DNA from: Candidatus Helarchaeota archaeon
GTDB lineage: Archaea; Asgardarchaeota; Lokiarchaeia; Helarchaeales; RDOG01
NCBI GenBank assembly: GCA_019058315.1
Contig: JAHPZH010000008.1
Location: 1 to 64,000, forward strand
Reading direction: 5' to 3'
Length of the DNA: 64,000 nt
Part shown: positions 26,419 to 38,636 of the stretch, piece after piece
Layout of the letters: every line of letters starts with the position of its first letter
Position numbering within the stretch: position 1 is the first letter of the stretch
Made by a program: the position numbers and the translations under genes
Notes under the pieces: model-generated
What the model was told of the DNA's origin: nothing
Seen by the model: the letters and a program-made list of their open reading frames with translations, nothing else
The model's database searches: none

Positions 26419-28326
26419 ATGAAGATAAAAATGGTAGAGATAGAAAAATTACAGCTTTTTGATTTAAATTTGAATCAGAGTAAACTAATTAATTTTTTTA
26501 TTAAACACCGTGGTGATGAAAAACTAACTTATGATAGAGTTAAAGAATTATATAAACCAAAAAGGTCTTTCAACCGTGCAGTCTTAAAGATTCTAATGGA
26601 GAAGAACTTAATTTATGTGGTAAAGGAAAAACGCCCCAATACGTATAAATTAAATGAAAATAGATTTAAAGAGATTCTTAAAGAAAAAGAAAATAATTTT
26701 GTTAATACTCAAACAAAATTAAAGAAAATTTTGCAGAGTCTGGAAGAAAATAATAATTTGAAAACAAATAAAGAGTATATTTTGAAAGTTTTAGGGGATA
26801 ATAAACAATTATTAAGACTAAGCAATACCCAATTTAATGTGTTAAAAACACTTATTTCAAAGGCAGACTTTGATGACTTTAAGACCGCATTAAGTCTGAA
26901 ACAAATAGCAGATGAACTTAATAAAAAGGGTAGACTAACTAAATTACGAAATAATATCCTTACATTAGATAGAATGAAGTTTATTCTTAAAGAAAAGAGG
27001 GTCGCCACAAATTACTACCTACCAAATAAATTAGAACAAATAATAAAACATGAGCAAAATTATCAAGCAGCAATTTGGGATGAAAGGCGTAAACAAATGG
27101 AGAAAGTAGTAAATTTCTTTGAAAAGGAGCTAGAAAAACCAGATCGAGAAAAAGGTTTTCAAATAAAATCGAATTTGAATGAAATCAAACAAGAATTACT
27201 CTTCTCATTTCAAAATGCAGAAAAAGAGATTCTTCTAGATCTAAGATGCAACTTTGTAAGGACCGATATTATAAAAGAATTTTTAGAGGACATCTTCAAA
27301 AAATTAATTGAAATTTTAAATCTTAAGGAAAAAATTAAAGTAAAAATGCTTTTAAAAGTTGATGATTGGTTAATTCACAGACTTGATTTTATTTTTCTTC
27401 ATTTGATCCAAAATATTAATCCAATAAAATTTGAATTTAGAGTCCCCCCTGAAAGGTCTTATTCTATATTTAGAATTCTTATAGATGAAAAAGTAATGGA
27501 AATTCCCATCTCTCATGAATTGACACATTTTGAAAAAGGATTAATAATTACTAATAAGGCGAGGGTAAGAAAAGCAAAACTTGAAATTAATCATTTATGG
27601 GAAAACAGCCTTGATATTAGGGATGTAATTTTAGATTATAGAATTGATCAAAAATTAGAAAATGTAATAAAAACATCTGATAAGAAACACCCCCCTATTT
27701 ATAATTTTACAGATAATATCAAAATTACAGGTGTTCGAAAAGTATTAAGAGTCATTTTAAGGTTATTTCAAAATGCGGAAAAGGAAATATTGACAATAAT
27801 AGGACCACTTTATAAAGCGGGTGAGAGTTCCGCATCAATATTAAAAATTATTATGCAAGAAAATTTTTATAGCGAGTTAAATAGCTTACTAGACAAAAAA
27901 TCTAAAGAAGGTCTGAATATTCAGTGGATAAGAAACACAACTGACCCCCATTTGAACTTATACGAAAGCGATGAAAAAAAGAAAGCTTTTATTGACTTGG
28001 TGTTATCGCTCTATCCCCATTTTAAAATGAAACAAATAGATTTAGAGCAATACCAATTTTCTATAATCGATCAAAAAATTTTAGGTATTCTTGAATTTTA
28101 TGGGCAATTTAGACTGGTTTTAAATTTCGATAGTAAAATCAAAGATGATTATTACACTCTTTTTCAAAAAATTTGGTCAGATGCTTACGATATTAGAACC
28201 CAATGGCTCTCCGAAGTTTCGGAACCCCTTAAAGCATACATTCAAAATACTTTTAAGACTATAGAAAATATTGATAATGAATCTATATTTTGGGGAGATA
28301 AAAGAATGTCAAATAAGAGTGGATAA
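26419..28326 (+). CDS. TrmB-like transcriptional regulator with duplicated wHTH and duplicated effector-binding (PLD-like) domains
   Basis: Two wHTH-like units (LNLNQSKLINFFI...LIYVVKEKRPNTY; LSNTQFNVLKTLI...LKQIADEL); repeated FQNAEKEIL and ILIDEK/SIIDQK motifs typical of TrmB C-terminal domains. Confidence 0.6.
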   Translation: MKIKMVEIEKLQLFDLNLNQSKLINFFIKHRGDEKLTYDRVKELYKPKRSFNRAVLKILMEKNLIYVVKEKRPNTYKLNENRFKEILKEKENNFVNTQTKLKKILQSLEENNNLKTNKEYILKVLGDNKQLLRLSNTQFNVLKTLISKADFDDFKTALSLKQIADELNKKGRLTKLRNNILTLDRMKFILKEKRVATNYYLPNKLEQIIKHEQNYQAAIWDERRKQMEKVVNFFEKELEKPDREKGFQIKSNLNEIKQELLFSFQNAEKEILLDLRCNFVRTDIIKEFLEDIFKKLIEILNLKEKIKVKMLLKVDDWLIHRLDFIFLHLIQNINPIKFEFRVPPERSYSIFRILIDEKVMEIPISHELTHFEKGLIITNKARVRKAKLEINHLWENSLDIRDVILDYRIDQKLENVIKTSDKKHPPIYNFTDNIKITGVRKVLRVILRLFQNAEKEILTIIGPLYKAGESSASILKIIMQENFYSELNSLLDKKSKEGLNIQWIRNTTDPHLNLYESDEKKKAFIDLVLSLYPHFKMKQIDLEQYQFSIIDQKILGILEFYGQFRLVLNFDSKIKDDYYTLFQKIWSDAYDIRTQWLSEVSEPLKAYIQNTFKTIENIDNESIFWGDKRMSNKSG

Positions 28327-29058
28327 ATACACTCTTTGTTTTATAACTTGAAATAAATAACTAAAAAACTGTTAAAAATAACAGATAACGGGAAAATATT
28401 GCTTATGGAGTAAATTGTTTCAATTATTTTTCTATTTTCATCTCTAAGTAGATATCTTTCTTTTAAAACTCGAATAGCACTTTCATTAAGTCTTATATTA
28501 TTTGATCCCTTTAACATTTAACTTCAAGAATTTAATTAAATTTTAATCATATAAATTCTATCCTTTTTAAAATATTATTAATTCCCAGAATTTTAATTAT
28601 GGAATTATAAAATACTGTAATTTTTAAATTTAGACTAAAAAGAATTACTACATTAATGGTTATTTAAAAATAATTGTTTTTATAAAAATCAATCAAGCTG
28701 TCAATTAAATTCAAAATTACTATCAACATTTTAGGAACTATGTAATAATAAAACTGATTTTTTGACATAAAAGACTTTAATTTCTAACATTTTTATGCAC
28801 ATTAAGTATTTAAAACGAAAAAAATATTATGGTGTAAAATTTGGAAGTGAATTTTTTTATCATCTTAAGGATGGTAGAAAAGAAATTTTAATTTTTATTA
28901 TGCATTTGTAAACCTGATGAAGAAATTACATATTTCAAAGAAATTTTTATGATAAAAGTTAAAAACTTCCTAAACTCTGGAAATATCTCTTAAATTAATG
29001 AGAAATTATAAATAATAGAGTTAAATAGTCCGTTGTTTATTATTTCAAGAAGAAATAA

Positions 29059-30426
<1,368 letters not shown>

Positions 30427-30450
30427 ACCAATTTTTACTTTTTTTATTCA
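30427..30450 (+). terminator. U-rich archaeal terminator after gdhA
   Basis: TTTTTACTTTTTTTATT directly after the stop codon. Confidence 0.45.
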
Positions 30451-30743
30451 AACTGATATTAAACTTATTAAGAAGAATATCTAATTCATATTTTCAAAAA
30501 ATTTCTTAAATTATGGTTTTTAATTAACAAGTCTCTTATTTTATTCAGGAAAGATTTACAATAATAAACATTCAAATTCTTCTAAATAAATTGACGGTAA
30601 AATTTGTTCATAGAATTGTCTATTTAATAAACACCATCCCTTCTGTTACTTGGCAAAGGATTGCTCTATATGCATTTTTATATCCATTTTTTTAATTATT
30701 TTTTAAAATTAAAATTAATCATCAAATCTTAATAACTATTAAT

Positions 30744-31412
30744 TTGAGTTTGATCTTATTAATAACTTTAAATGAGGTGATAAAATTTTCAAATATACTA
30801 TTTCATGATAAAAATAATGGTCGATTTTATAGAGGAGACTTGAATTGGGATAAAAAGTTTCTGAAAAAAGTAAATAAAGCTGAAATTACTCTAACAAAGG
30901 AAGAATTAACTATCAAACCAAATGATAAAACACTAGATCTAATTGTCATTCCTACTACGCAAATCGAAAATTTCACATTTCATACCCAACCAATGGGATT
31001 TCGCAATCAATATTGTGTTAAACTCAAAGATAATTCAAAAATCTTTATCTTTTATCCAGAAGGTTCAAAGGCAATTTTAGGGCATCATTTAATGAAAGCA
31101 TTTATGGAGAATATTATTATGCCTATGGGAATGAAAAAAGCCAAAGTTTTCATGGAAGGGGTTAAGACAGTTCAAAAAATATCAAACGCCTTATTGTTAA
31201 AGGTTTCTCCTCAAACAAAATTAAATATGTTAAAATGTCCTGGGTGTAAAGCACCACTTGAATATATGCCTCCATGTAAATGTGAACATTGTGGTGTTAT
31301 GATTGAATTAGAGGGTTTTAAAATTTCTGAATTATTTAATTGTCCAGATTGTACAACATTAATACCTTTAGATTCAAAATTCTGCAAAGAATGTGGGAAG
31401 AACTTAAAATAA
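30744..31412 (+). CDS. PH-like domain plus C-terminal zinc ribbons
   Basis: Beta-rich EITLTKEELTI...IVIPTTQIENF PH-like region; CPGC...CEHC and CPDC...CKEC zinc ribbons. Confidence 0.55.
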   Translation: MSLILLITLNEVIKFSNILFHDKNNGRFYRGDLNWDKKFLKKVNKAEITLTKEELTIKPNDKTLDLIVIPTTQIENFTFHTQPMGFRNQYCVKLKDNSKIFIFYPEGSKAILGHHLMKAFMENIIMPMGMKKAKVFMEGVKTVQKISNALLLKVSPQTKLNMLKCPGCKAPLEYMPPCKCEHCGVMIELEGFKISELFNCPDCTTLIPLDSKFCKECGKNLK

Positions 31413-31474
31413 TCGTAAAAAGGAATTAAATATTAAATCCTTACCTTTTTCAATACCAGTTAAAAAAAATTAGA

Positions 31475-32758
31475 TTAAGGGAAAATTCCCCGTAATTCTA
31501 TTGCTTTTGCTAGACGAGAAACTGCAACCATATAAGCCGCAGTCCTCATATTAACCTTTTCTTTTTCCGCTAAATCATAAACTCTATCGAAAGCTATTAG
31601 AAGGATCCTTTTTAATTCACTTCTAACTCGTTCTAAATCCCAAAAGTAATTTTCTAGTCCTTGAACCCATTCGAAATAGCTGACTGTTACACCTCCAGCA
31701 TTTGCAAGTATGTCAGGTATAACATTAATTCCTTTCTTATCTAATATTTTATCTGCTTCGGTAAGTGTGGGACCGTTGGCACCCTCCACAATCATTTTAG
31801 CCTTAATTCCCTTTGCTATCTCCTCAGTTATTTGATTTTCTTTCGCTGCAGGAATTAGTAGATCACACTCCATTTGAAGTAATTCTTTGTTCGTTATTGA
31901 TTTAGTTCCTGGAAAATTTACCACTGAACCAGTTTTTTGTTCGTGTTCTTTTAGTTTGATTGGATCTATGCCATCAGGATTATAAATTCCACCTTTAATA
32001 TCGCTTATTGCAATAATTTTACAATTATGTTCTTCATATAGAAGTATGGCAACAGTAGACCCTACATTTCCAAATCCTTGAACTGCCACTGTACAATTTT
32101 CATCTAATTTAAATCCTTTTTTTTCATGCATTTTTTCAATTACATAGAGCAGACCACGACCTGTGGCTTCTTCACGACCGAGAGAACCTCCGAGCTCTAC
32201 TGGTTTACCTGTTACAACCCCTAGAGTAGTCTCGCCGACATCCATAGAATATGTATCCATAAACCATGCCATTATCTGTTTGTTAGTATTCATATCCGGA
32301 GCAGGTATATCTTTATGTGGTCCTATCATCCGAATAATAGCAGATGTATACCGTCTTGTTAAACGTTCCAATTCTTTTTTCGATAATTTTCTAGGATCAA
32401 CTGTCACCCCCCCTTTTGCACCACCATAAGGCAATCCAACAACAGCAGTTTTTATACTCATCCAAAATGCAAGTGCTTTAACCTCATCTAAATTTACAGT
32501 AGTCGCATAACGAATCCCACCTTTACATGGACCTAAAACATCATTATGCTGTACTCTGTAGCCAGTAAAAACATCGATTTCTCCATCGTCCATAACTACT
32601 GGAAGTGATACAATGTAAATCCTCGCACAGTGGCTTAAGTATTCATAAATCCCTTCTGAGAGCTTTAGTTTATCAGCGGCAATTTTTAATTGCTTCATAG
32701 CATTATCATATGCTGAAATTTCCTTTTTGATAGAATTGTTTTTCATTTTTTCACCCAT
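31475..32758 (-). CDS. Glu/Leu/Phe/Val dehydrogenase (NAD(P)-dependent glutamate dehydrogenase, GudB-type)
   Basis: GPCKGGIRY, GGAKGG, DIPAPD, GREEATGRG, QGFGNVG, EGANGP, LANAGGVTVSYFEW. Confidence 0.92.
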   Translation of the reverse strand: MGEKMKNNSIKKEISAYDNAMKQLKIAADKLKLSEGIYEYLSHCARIYIVSLPVVMDDGEIDVFTGYRVQHNDVLGPCKGGIRYATTVNLDEVKALAFWMSIKTAVVGLPYGGAKGGVTVDPRKLSKKELERLTRRYTSAIIRMIGPHKDIPAPDMNTNKQIMAWFMDTYSMDVGETTLGVVTGKPVELGGSLGREEATGRGLLYVIEKMHEKKGFKLDENCTVAVQGFGNVGSTVAILLYEEHNCKIIAISDIKGGIYNPDGIDPIKLKEHEQKTGSVVNFPGTKSITNKELLQMECDLLIPAAKENQITEEIAKGIKAKMIVEGANGPTLTEADKILDKKGINVIPDILANAGGVTVSYFEWVQGLENYFWDLERVRSELKRILLIAFDRVYDLAEKEKVNMRTAAYMVAVSRLAKAIELRGIFP

Positions 32759-32843
32759 TAGTTTCAGTATTTAAATGCAATAATTACTATCCTATTAAAT
32801 ACAAATTATCATAAAATTATTGGAAGAAATATTGGAGGAAGCA

Positions 32844-33716
32844 ATTATTATTCTTATCAATCAAAACACCAATGTATTAGTACAAGGAATAACTGGAAGA
32901 GAAGGACGTTTTAATACTGAACAAATGATAGATTATGGAACAAAGATACTAGCTGGGGTAACTCCTGGTAAAGGTGGCTCTGAAATATTAGAGATCCCAG
33001 TTTTCAATAAGATTCATGAAGCATTGGAATCCTATCCTCAGATTAATGCGACAATTTTATTCGTTCCTGCTAAATTTTGTAAAGACGCAGCATTGGAAGC
33101 AATAGATGCGAATATACCATTAATTGTAATAATAACGGAAGGACTGCCGTTATTGGATGAGATTAATTTAATCAATATGGCTAAAAAGAATAATTTAACG
33201 GTAATCGGACCTAATACAGCAGGAATAATAAGTCCCAAAGCAAGATGTAAATTAGGAATAATGCCAGTAAAATTCTTCCCGGAGGGGCAAATAGGAATAT
33301 GCTCGAGAAGCGGTACATTAATGTATGAAATTGCTAATAATTTAAAAGATTTTGGAATCTCAACAGCAGTTGGTATAGGAGGAGATCCTGCTATTGGGTC
33401 GAATTTCATTGAGATTTTACAAATGTTTGAAGAAGACTATGAGACTAAAGCAATCGTGTTAATTGGAGAGATTGGAGGAAATATGGAAGAAAAAGCTGCA
33501 GAATTCATTAAAAACCAAGTAAATAAGCCTGTAATTGGATATATTGCAGGGAGGACGATAACAATAAAGGGTAAGAGATTTGGACATGCAGGAGCATTGA
33601 TTTCAGCTGGAGGATATGGGACAGCACAACATAAAATTAGAGAATTAAAATCTGTTGGTGTGAGAATAGCAGAAATTCCGAGTGAAATACCAGAACATAT
33701 TAGAGAATTATTATAG
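32844..33716 (+). CDS. sucD: Succinyl-CoA synthetase alpha subunit
   Basis: VLVQGITG, GVTPGKGG, IGPNT, SRSGTL, GIGGD, IGEIGG, FGHAGA phospho-His; probable ATT start at 32844 (ORF track start 32820). Confidence 0.92.
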   Translation: MIILINQNTNVLVQGITGREGRFNTEQMIDYGTKILAGVTPGKGGSEILEIPVFNKIHEALESYPQINATILFVPAKFCKDAALEAIDANIPLIVIITEGLPLLDEINLINMAKKNNLTVIGPNTAGIISPKARCKLGIMPVKFFPEGQIGICSRSGTLMYEIANNLKDFGISTAVGIGGDPAIGSNFIEILQMFEEDYETKAIVLIGEIGGNMEEKAAEFIKNQVNKPVIGYIAGRTITIKGKRFGHAGALISAGGYGTAQHKIRELKSVGVRIAEIPSEIPEHIRELL

Positions 33717-33725
33717 TGGGTAATA

Positions 33726-34850
33726 ATGGTAAGATTATACGAGTTTGAGTCAAAAAAAATTTTAGCTAATTATGGGATTTTAGTTCCAGAGAATTATTTG
33801 GTTAGTTCCATTGATGAATTAAGAGATAATATTAAAAAAATTGATTTTCCTGTAATGGTAAAGGCACAAGTTCTTATAGGTGGTCGTGGCAAATCGGGTG
33901 GGATCAAAGGGGCAGATACTCCAGAAGAAGCTTTTTCAATTGCTAATGTATTATTCAAAACTAAAATCAAAGATTATGAAGTTAAATCATTACTAATCGA
34001 AAAAAAGATAGATATTCAAGATGAAATCTATATTGGAATAACAGTAGATCGCTTGAATCAGAATTTTGTTTTAATTTTTAGTGCAAGTGGAGGAGTTGAA
34101 ATTGAAGATTTAGCAAAAGCTGATCCTGAAAAGATTATCAAAATTAATTTTAAATCATACGAATTCGACGATATTGATTTAAAAACACATTTAAAAGCAA
34201 TAAATTATTCTCAAGAAATAATTTTCCAAATCAATGAATTAACTCACCAGTTATGGAGAATTATGAATGATTATGATCTAGATTTAATTGAAATAAATCC
34301 TTCTATCCTCTCGAAAGATGGTAAATTATATGCAGCTGATGCTCGTGTTAATGTAGATGATAATTCAATCTTTCGACATGAGGAATTCATTGCTAGAACA
34401 AAAGAAGGATTAACTCAATCAGAAATTCAAGTAAAAGAAAAGGGGATGTCTTATGTTGAATTAGATGGTAATATTGGAATAATTTGCAATGGGGCAGGAT
34501 TGGTAATGGCTACTATAGATACTGTTAGACATTATGGAGGAACTCCAGCAAATTTCCTTGATATTGGTGGCGGTGCAACAAGGGAGAGAATTTTATTTGC
34601 TTTAGAAGTAATTTCATCGAATCCAAGAATTAAAGGAATTTTAGTAAATATTGTAGGTGGAATTACTCGTTGTGATGAAATAGCACTTGGAATTATAGAA
34701 TTTTTAAAAAATAAGAAAGAAATTTCCATGGTAATAAGGTTAGTAGGAACTAAAGAGAAAGAAGGTAAAGAATTATTAGCACAACATGGGATACCAATGT
34801 TAGAAACAATGGAGGAGGCAATAAAAAAAGTACTTGAGCTTGTTTCCTAA
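33726..34850 (+). CDS. sucC: Succinyl-CoA synthetase beta subunit
   Basis: LYEFESK, KAQVLIGGRGKSGGI, EINP, NGAGLVMAT, PANFLDIGGG. Confidence 0.93.
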   Translation: MVRLYEFESKKILANYGILVPENYLVSSIDELRDNIKKIDFPVMVKAQVLIGGRGKSGGIKGADTPEEAFSIANVLFKTKIKDYEVKSLLIEKKIDIQDEIYIGITVDRLNQNFVLIFSASGGVEIEDLAKADPEKIIKINFKSYEFDDIDLKTHLKAINYSQEIIFQINELTHQLWRIMNDYDLDLIEINPSILSKDGKLYAADARVNVDDNSIFRHEEFIARTKEGLTQSEIQVKEKGMSYVELDGNIGIICNGAGLVMATIDTVRHYGGTPANFLDIGGGATRERILFALEVISSNPRIKGILVNIVGGITRCDEIALGIIEFLKNKKEISMVIRLVGTKEKEGKELLAQHGIPMLETMEEAIKKVLELVS

Positions 34851-34880
34851 AAAGGATTGAAATAATAAGGAAAAAAAGTT

Positions 34881-35780
34881 CTATAAATTTTTTAAATAGA
34901 TTTTATGTTTCCCTAATTTTCCACCGAAATTTCCAGCAGATATTTTCATTAATCCAGGCGCATCTTTCACTGCTTCAATAATACGTTTCATGGCTAATTT
35001 TACATGATCCATATCTATGCCGTTAATGACAATTTCAGGAATTGATTTTACCCCTTTTGGAACTTTTGAGTCATCAATTTTTCCTCTGAGAGTTGGACAA
35101 AACCAATGGTTTGTTGTGGGACCTATTTCTGGAAAATTAGTTTCAACTTTGGACCCCGCAGAACATATATCGAATGATGTAATAGCTCCATCTAGTTGTA
35201 ATATAGTGTCTACTGCCTTATCCCCTGCATTTAAAGCACTATCAATACTATCGCAAAAGAACCAAAGATTTCCGCCCATTACACCGTGTTGATATCCAAT
35301 ATTTTCCTCTATTAAAAAATCTTGACCAAACATAATAGGAACAGAGATAAGTTTCTTTCCATATTTTTCAATTATTTCTTCAAAACCATCTCCACAATGC
35401 CCAACATTATTCATCATATTAAAATAATTTTTAGACTCAAGCGAATTGAAAATTGCAGTTGTAGGAACAACCAAAATTCCTTGTCTTGATCTCCTTCCTA
35501 ATTTATCATATAAAGTATCTATGGATTTTTTATTATAACCCGTAGTCCAAAGTTGTACAATAGCTCCTGGTCTCCCATCTGGGGTTTCATTATTCTGTAC
35601 CCACTTTACTAAACCCCCTTCTGCATCACCAAATACAGTTGATGGAAGAGCAGTAAAACTATACACGGCCTTTTTTAATAATTTATCATTTTTAGCTGTA
35701 ACTAATAGTTGACAGACTGTCCCATCAAAGGCTTCTGCATATGTATCTTCAATTTCTATAATTTCAGTTCCCCTTGACAA
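34881..35780 (-). CDS. ftr: Formylmethanofuran--tetrahydromethanopterin N-formyltransferase
   Basis: IEDTYAEAF, ETPDGRPG, GHCGDGFE, SAGSKV, EIVING, ISAGNFGGKLG. Confidence 0.9.
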   Translation of the reverse strand: MSRGTEIIEIEDTYAEAFDGTVCQLLVTAKNDKLLKKAVYSFTALPSTVFGDAEGGLVKWVQNNETPDGRPGAIVQLWTTGYNKKSIDTLYDKLGRRSRQGILVVPTTAIFNSLESKNYFNMMNNVGHCGDGFEEIIEKYGKKLISVPIMFGQDFLIEENIGYQHGVMGGNLWFFCDSIDSALNAGDKAVDTILQLDGAITSFDICSAGSKVETNFPEIGPTTNHWFCPTLRGKIDDSKVPKGVKSIPEIVINGIDMDHVKLAMKRIIEAVKDAPGLMKISAGNFGGKLGKHKIYLKNL

Positions 35781-35789
35781 ATTTTTTAT

Positions 35790-37166
35790 TTATAATTTAT
35801 CAATATATCTTTCGAATTCCCAATCACTAATTTGTGTTCTATAAGCATCCCACTCTGCCCATTTTACGTCTAGAAAATTTTTAAATAACTTTTCACCAAG
35901 AATTTTTTTCATTGTTTGACTGTTTTCCATTTCATGCAAAGCTTCAGCGAGTGATTCGGGTAGGGAAACAATATTCATTTTGGCTCTTTCTTCATAGGAT
36001 AGTTTATATACATTCATGTCAGTAGGCTCAGGAGGATTAATTTTTTCTTGAATACCTAATAAACCAGTTCCCAAAAGAACAGCAAACTGGAGATAGGGGT
36101 TTCCTGCCGGATCTGGACATCTTATTTCCATACGGGCAGCTTTTTTCCTTTTACCAAAATCTGGGACTCGAATTAGGGGTGAACGATTTTTATGCCCCCA
36201 AGCCATGTAAACTGGTGCTTCATAACCTGGTACTAACCTTTTATAAGAATTTGGCCATGATGCTAAAATTGCACTCATTTGACGACCATATTTCAATTGA
36301 CCGCCTATAAAGTAAAATGCAATTTCTGATAAATGTGATTTTTCAGGATCCTCCGAATAAAACGCATTTTGATCATCTAGAGTCCATAAACTCTGATGAA
36401 CGTGCATACCAGAGCCATTTACGCCAAAGAATGGTTTTGGCATAAAAGTAGCAAGATATCCATTTCTAGCTGCTGTTCCTTTTATTATAGATTTCATGGT
36501 TATTGTTCTGTCAGCAGTTGTGACTGCTTCATCATATTTAAAATCAATTTCATTCTGTCCTAATGCAACTTCATGATGTGCAACTTCTACGGTTATGCCA
36601 AATTTTTCTGCAATATCACACATCTCTCTTCTTAAATTCTCCGTAATATCCCCAGGATGTAGATCAAAATACCCCTTCATATCAAGAGGTTGTGGTGTCC
36701 GAAATTCCGTCTCTTCTTCTGTTAAAATAAAAAATTCCAGTTCAGGAGCACATTTATATATATAACCTTCCTCTTTTGCTCTATTTACTGCTTTTTGTAA
36801 GATATATCGCGGATCTGCCTCAAATCTAGAGGACCCGTCATAAATATCGCAGATTAAACGACACGTCGATATTTCTTCTTCTCTCCATGGAATAATTGCA
36901 AAAGTAGTTGGATCGGGAATAGCAATCATATCGGATTCTTCTATACTACCATAACCAGTGATGGATGAGCCATCGAAATATTGTCCATTTTCCATAGTTT
37001 CCTCTATATTTTTAGTGGAAACTGAAAAACTTTTAATAATTCCATTAATATCGATAAATTGCAGCCTTACAAATTTTATATTCTTTGTTCTTATGGTCTT
37101 TATTACCTGTTCTACATATTCTGGTCTTTTCTTGTCTTTTAGATCAATCATAAAATTCACTTCCAT
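35790..37166 (-). CDS. glnA: Glutamine synthetase type I
   Basis: FDGSSI, HHEVALGQNEI, ATFMPKP, NGSGMHVHQSL, NSYKRLVPGYEAP, EIRCPDP. Confidence 0.95.
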   Translation of the reverse strand: MEVNFMIDLKDKKRPEYVEQVIKTIRTKNIKFVRLQFIDINGIIKSFSVSTKNIEETMENGQYFDGSSITGYGSIEESDMIAIPDPTTFAIIPWREEEISTCRLICDIYDGSSRFEADPRYILQKAVNRAKEEGYIYKCAPELEFFILTEEETEFRTPQPLDMKGYFDLHPGDITENLRREMCDIAEKFGITVEVAHHEVALGQNEIDFKYDEAVTTADRTITMKSIIKGTAARNGYLATFMPKPFFGVNGSGMHVHQSLWTLDDQNAFYSEDPEKSHLSEIAFYFIGGQLKYGRQMSAILASWPNSYKRLVPGYEAPVYMAWGHKNRSPLIRVPDFGKRKKAARMEIRCPDPAGNPYLQFAVLLGTGLLGIQEKINPPEPTDMNVYKLSYEERAKMNIVSLPESLAEALHEMENSQTMKKILGEKLFKNFLDVKWAEWDAYRTQISDWEFERYIDKL

Positions 37167-37377
37167 AACTTAATTATTAATAATATCTTTTGATTGCAAT
37201 TCTTTTTAATTAATAAAAATAGTGTTTTAATTATTACATTTTATTCTTTAATTATTGATTCTAATATTATGAGGGATTTAAATTAAATGTCTGTTAAAAA
37301 GAAGAGCATAACGAAAAAAAGGGAAGAAGCTAGAGGAAAAAGGAAATCTAAATGAAAGAAACTGGTAAAGATAATCT

Positions 37378-38628
37378 ATGAAAGGAATTTATAAGAGCTA
37401 TCGGAAATATAAAAATGTAATTGATAAAAAACTCTTTCTACCAAAATTTCTATGGAATTGGTTAGACTCTAAAATTAATTCATTTATTCCAAAAGCTTAC
37501 CCATTTCGTGAAGTAGTATTATATTTTTTAAAATATATTAGTGGAACACCAGAGATTTATCCTTATATGCCCTCAAATTCATCGGGATATTTATATGATG
37601 GACATATTCACTCGACTGGCTCAGATGGGAGAAACACAATCGAGGAAATAGTAAAATATATATCAAAGGTTAAATACAAGGGCAGATGGCTTTTAGATGG
37701 GATTTCTCTTTCAGATCATAGCCTGGATCCAAAACATGAGATAGTTAAAACTTTCAAAGGATATGGAAATGAAAAAATTATAAGAGATAGTTATAAATTT
37801 GCAGAAATTATAAAAGAATATAAAAAAATGGGAAAATTACCGGAACATTTTATGACTTTTAACGGTTCAGGGGAATTTAATACTGGTCATTTTGAAGATG
37901 AAGATAGTTGGCATCGTGAAATATTAGTATATGGGGTTCCAGAAAATTTTGTTGAAAAATTGGGAGGATGTGCAGATAAAATTGCCTTTATGCAACCTGT
38001 GGAATTTATTGAAAAAGTTCATGAAGAAAATGGGATAGCAATTTTAGCTCACCCCTTCGCACCGCCTGGAATCCATGATAATTTAGAGGCATGGAAAAAG
38101 GCAGATGGAATTGAGTCAATTAATGCAGTATCTGGAATGCCTTGTGATGCTATGGTAGCGGAAAATCTCTATAGATTGTTGAAACGTGAAACTAAATACC
38201 CAAAAGTCTTAAAAGATGGCTCTAAAATAATAAAAAACTTACTACTTATAATAGGTTACATTAATTGGATTAGTGAACGCCTTGCAAAAAAGTGGAATGT
38301 TCCTGTTGTTGGAAATTCTGATGGACATGATGTAGCACTTATGGGGTGTGGCGTTACTCGAGTTAAAGAACCGCTAGAATCTCTGGAGGATTTCAGAAAT
38401 GCACTTAAAGAAAGAAAAACAGAGGCTATCTTTAATACACGTTGGCACTTTGGCAGAGATAGAGAAGAGGCAATTGAAGCAATGATGTTGGATGTTCAAC
38501 TGACTCTAGAAAAATGGGGACCAAATGTAATTTATAAGCCAAAAATGAATGTATTAGTTAGATTATTAAGTAGATTTCTCTCATTTGCTGTCAATATTCA
38601 TAATATAAATGCTAAAAAATTTAGATAA
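37378..38628 (+). CDS. PHP-domain phosphoesterase
   Basis: DGHIHSTGSDG, LSDH, ILAHPF, GNSDGH motifs. Confidence 0.8.
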   Translation: MKGIYKSYRKYKNVIDKKLFLPKFLWNWLDSKINSFIPKAYPFREVVLYFLKYISGTPEIYPYMPSNSSGYLYDGHIHSTGSDGRNTIEEIVKYISKVKYKGRWLLDGISLSDHSLDPKHEIVKTFKGYGNEKIIRDSYKFAEIIKEYKKMGKLPEHFMTFNGSGEFNTGHFEDEDSWHREILVYGVPENFVEKLGGCADKIAFMQPVEFIEKVHEENGIAILAHPFAPPGIHDNLEAWKKADGIESINAVSGMPCDAMVAENLYRLLKRETKYPKVLKDGSKIIKNLLLIIGYINWISERLAKKWNVPVVGNSDGHDVALMGCGVTRVKEPLESLEDFRNALKERKTEAIFNTRWHFGRDREEAIEAMMLDVQLTLEKWGPNVIYKPKMNVLVRLLSRFLSFAVNIHNINAKKFR

Positions 38629-38636
38629 TAAAAAAT

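Noticed and set aside
28914-28945. CTGATGA...stem...GAAA resembling a hammerhead ribozyme core
   Set aside because: Extra AAA between the putative stem II and GAAA, and no convincing stems I/III; expected by chance in AT-rich DNA.
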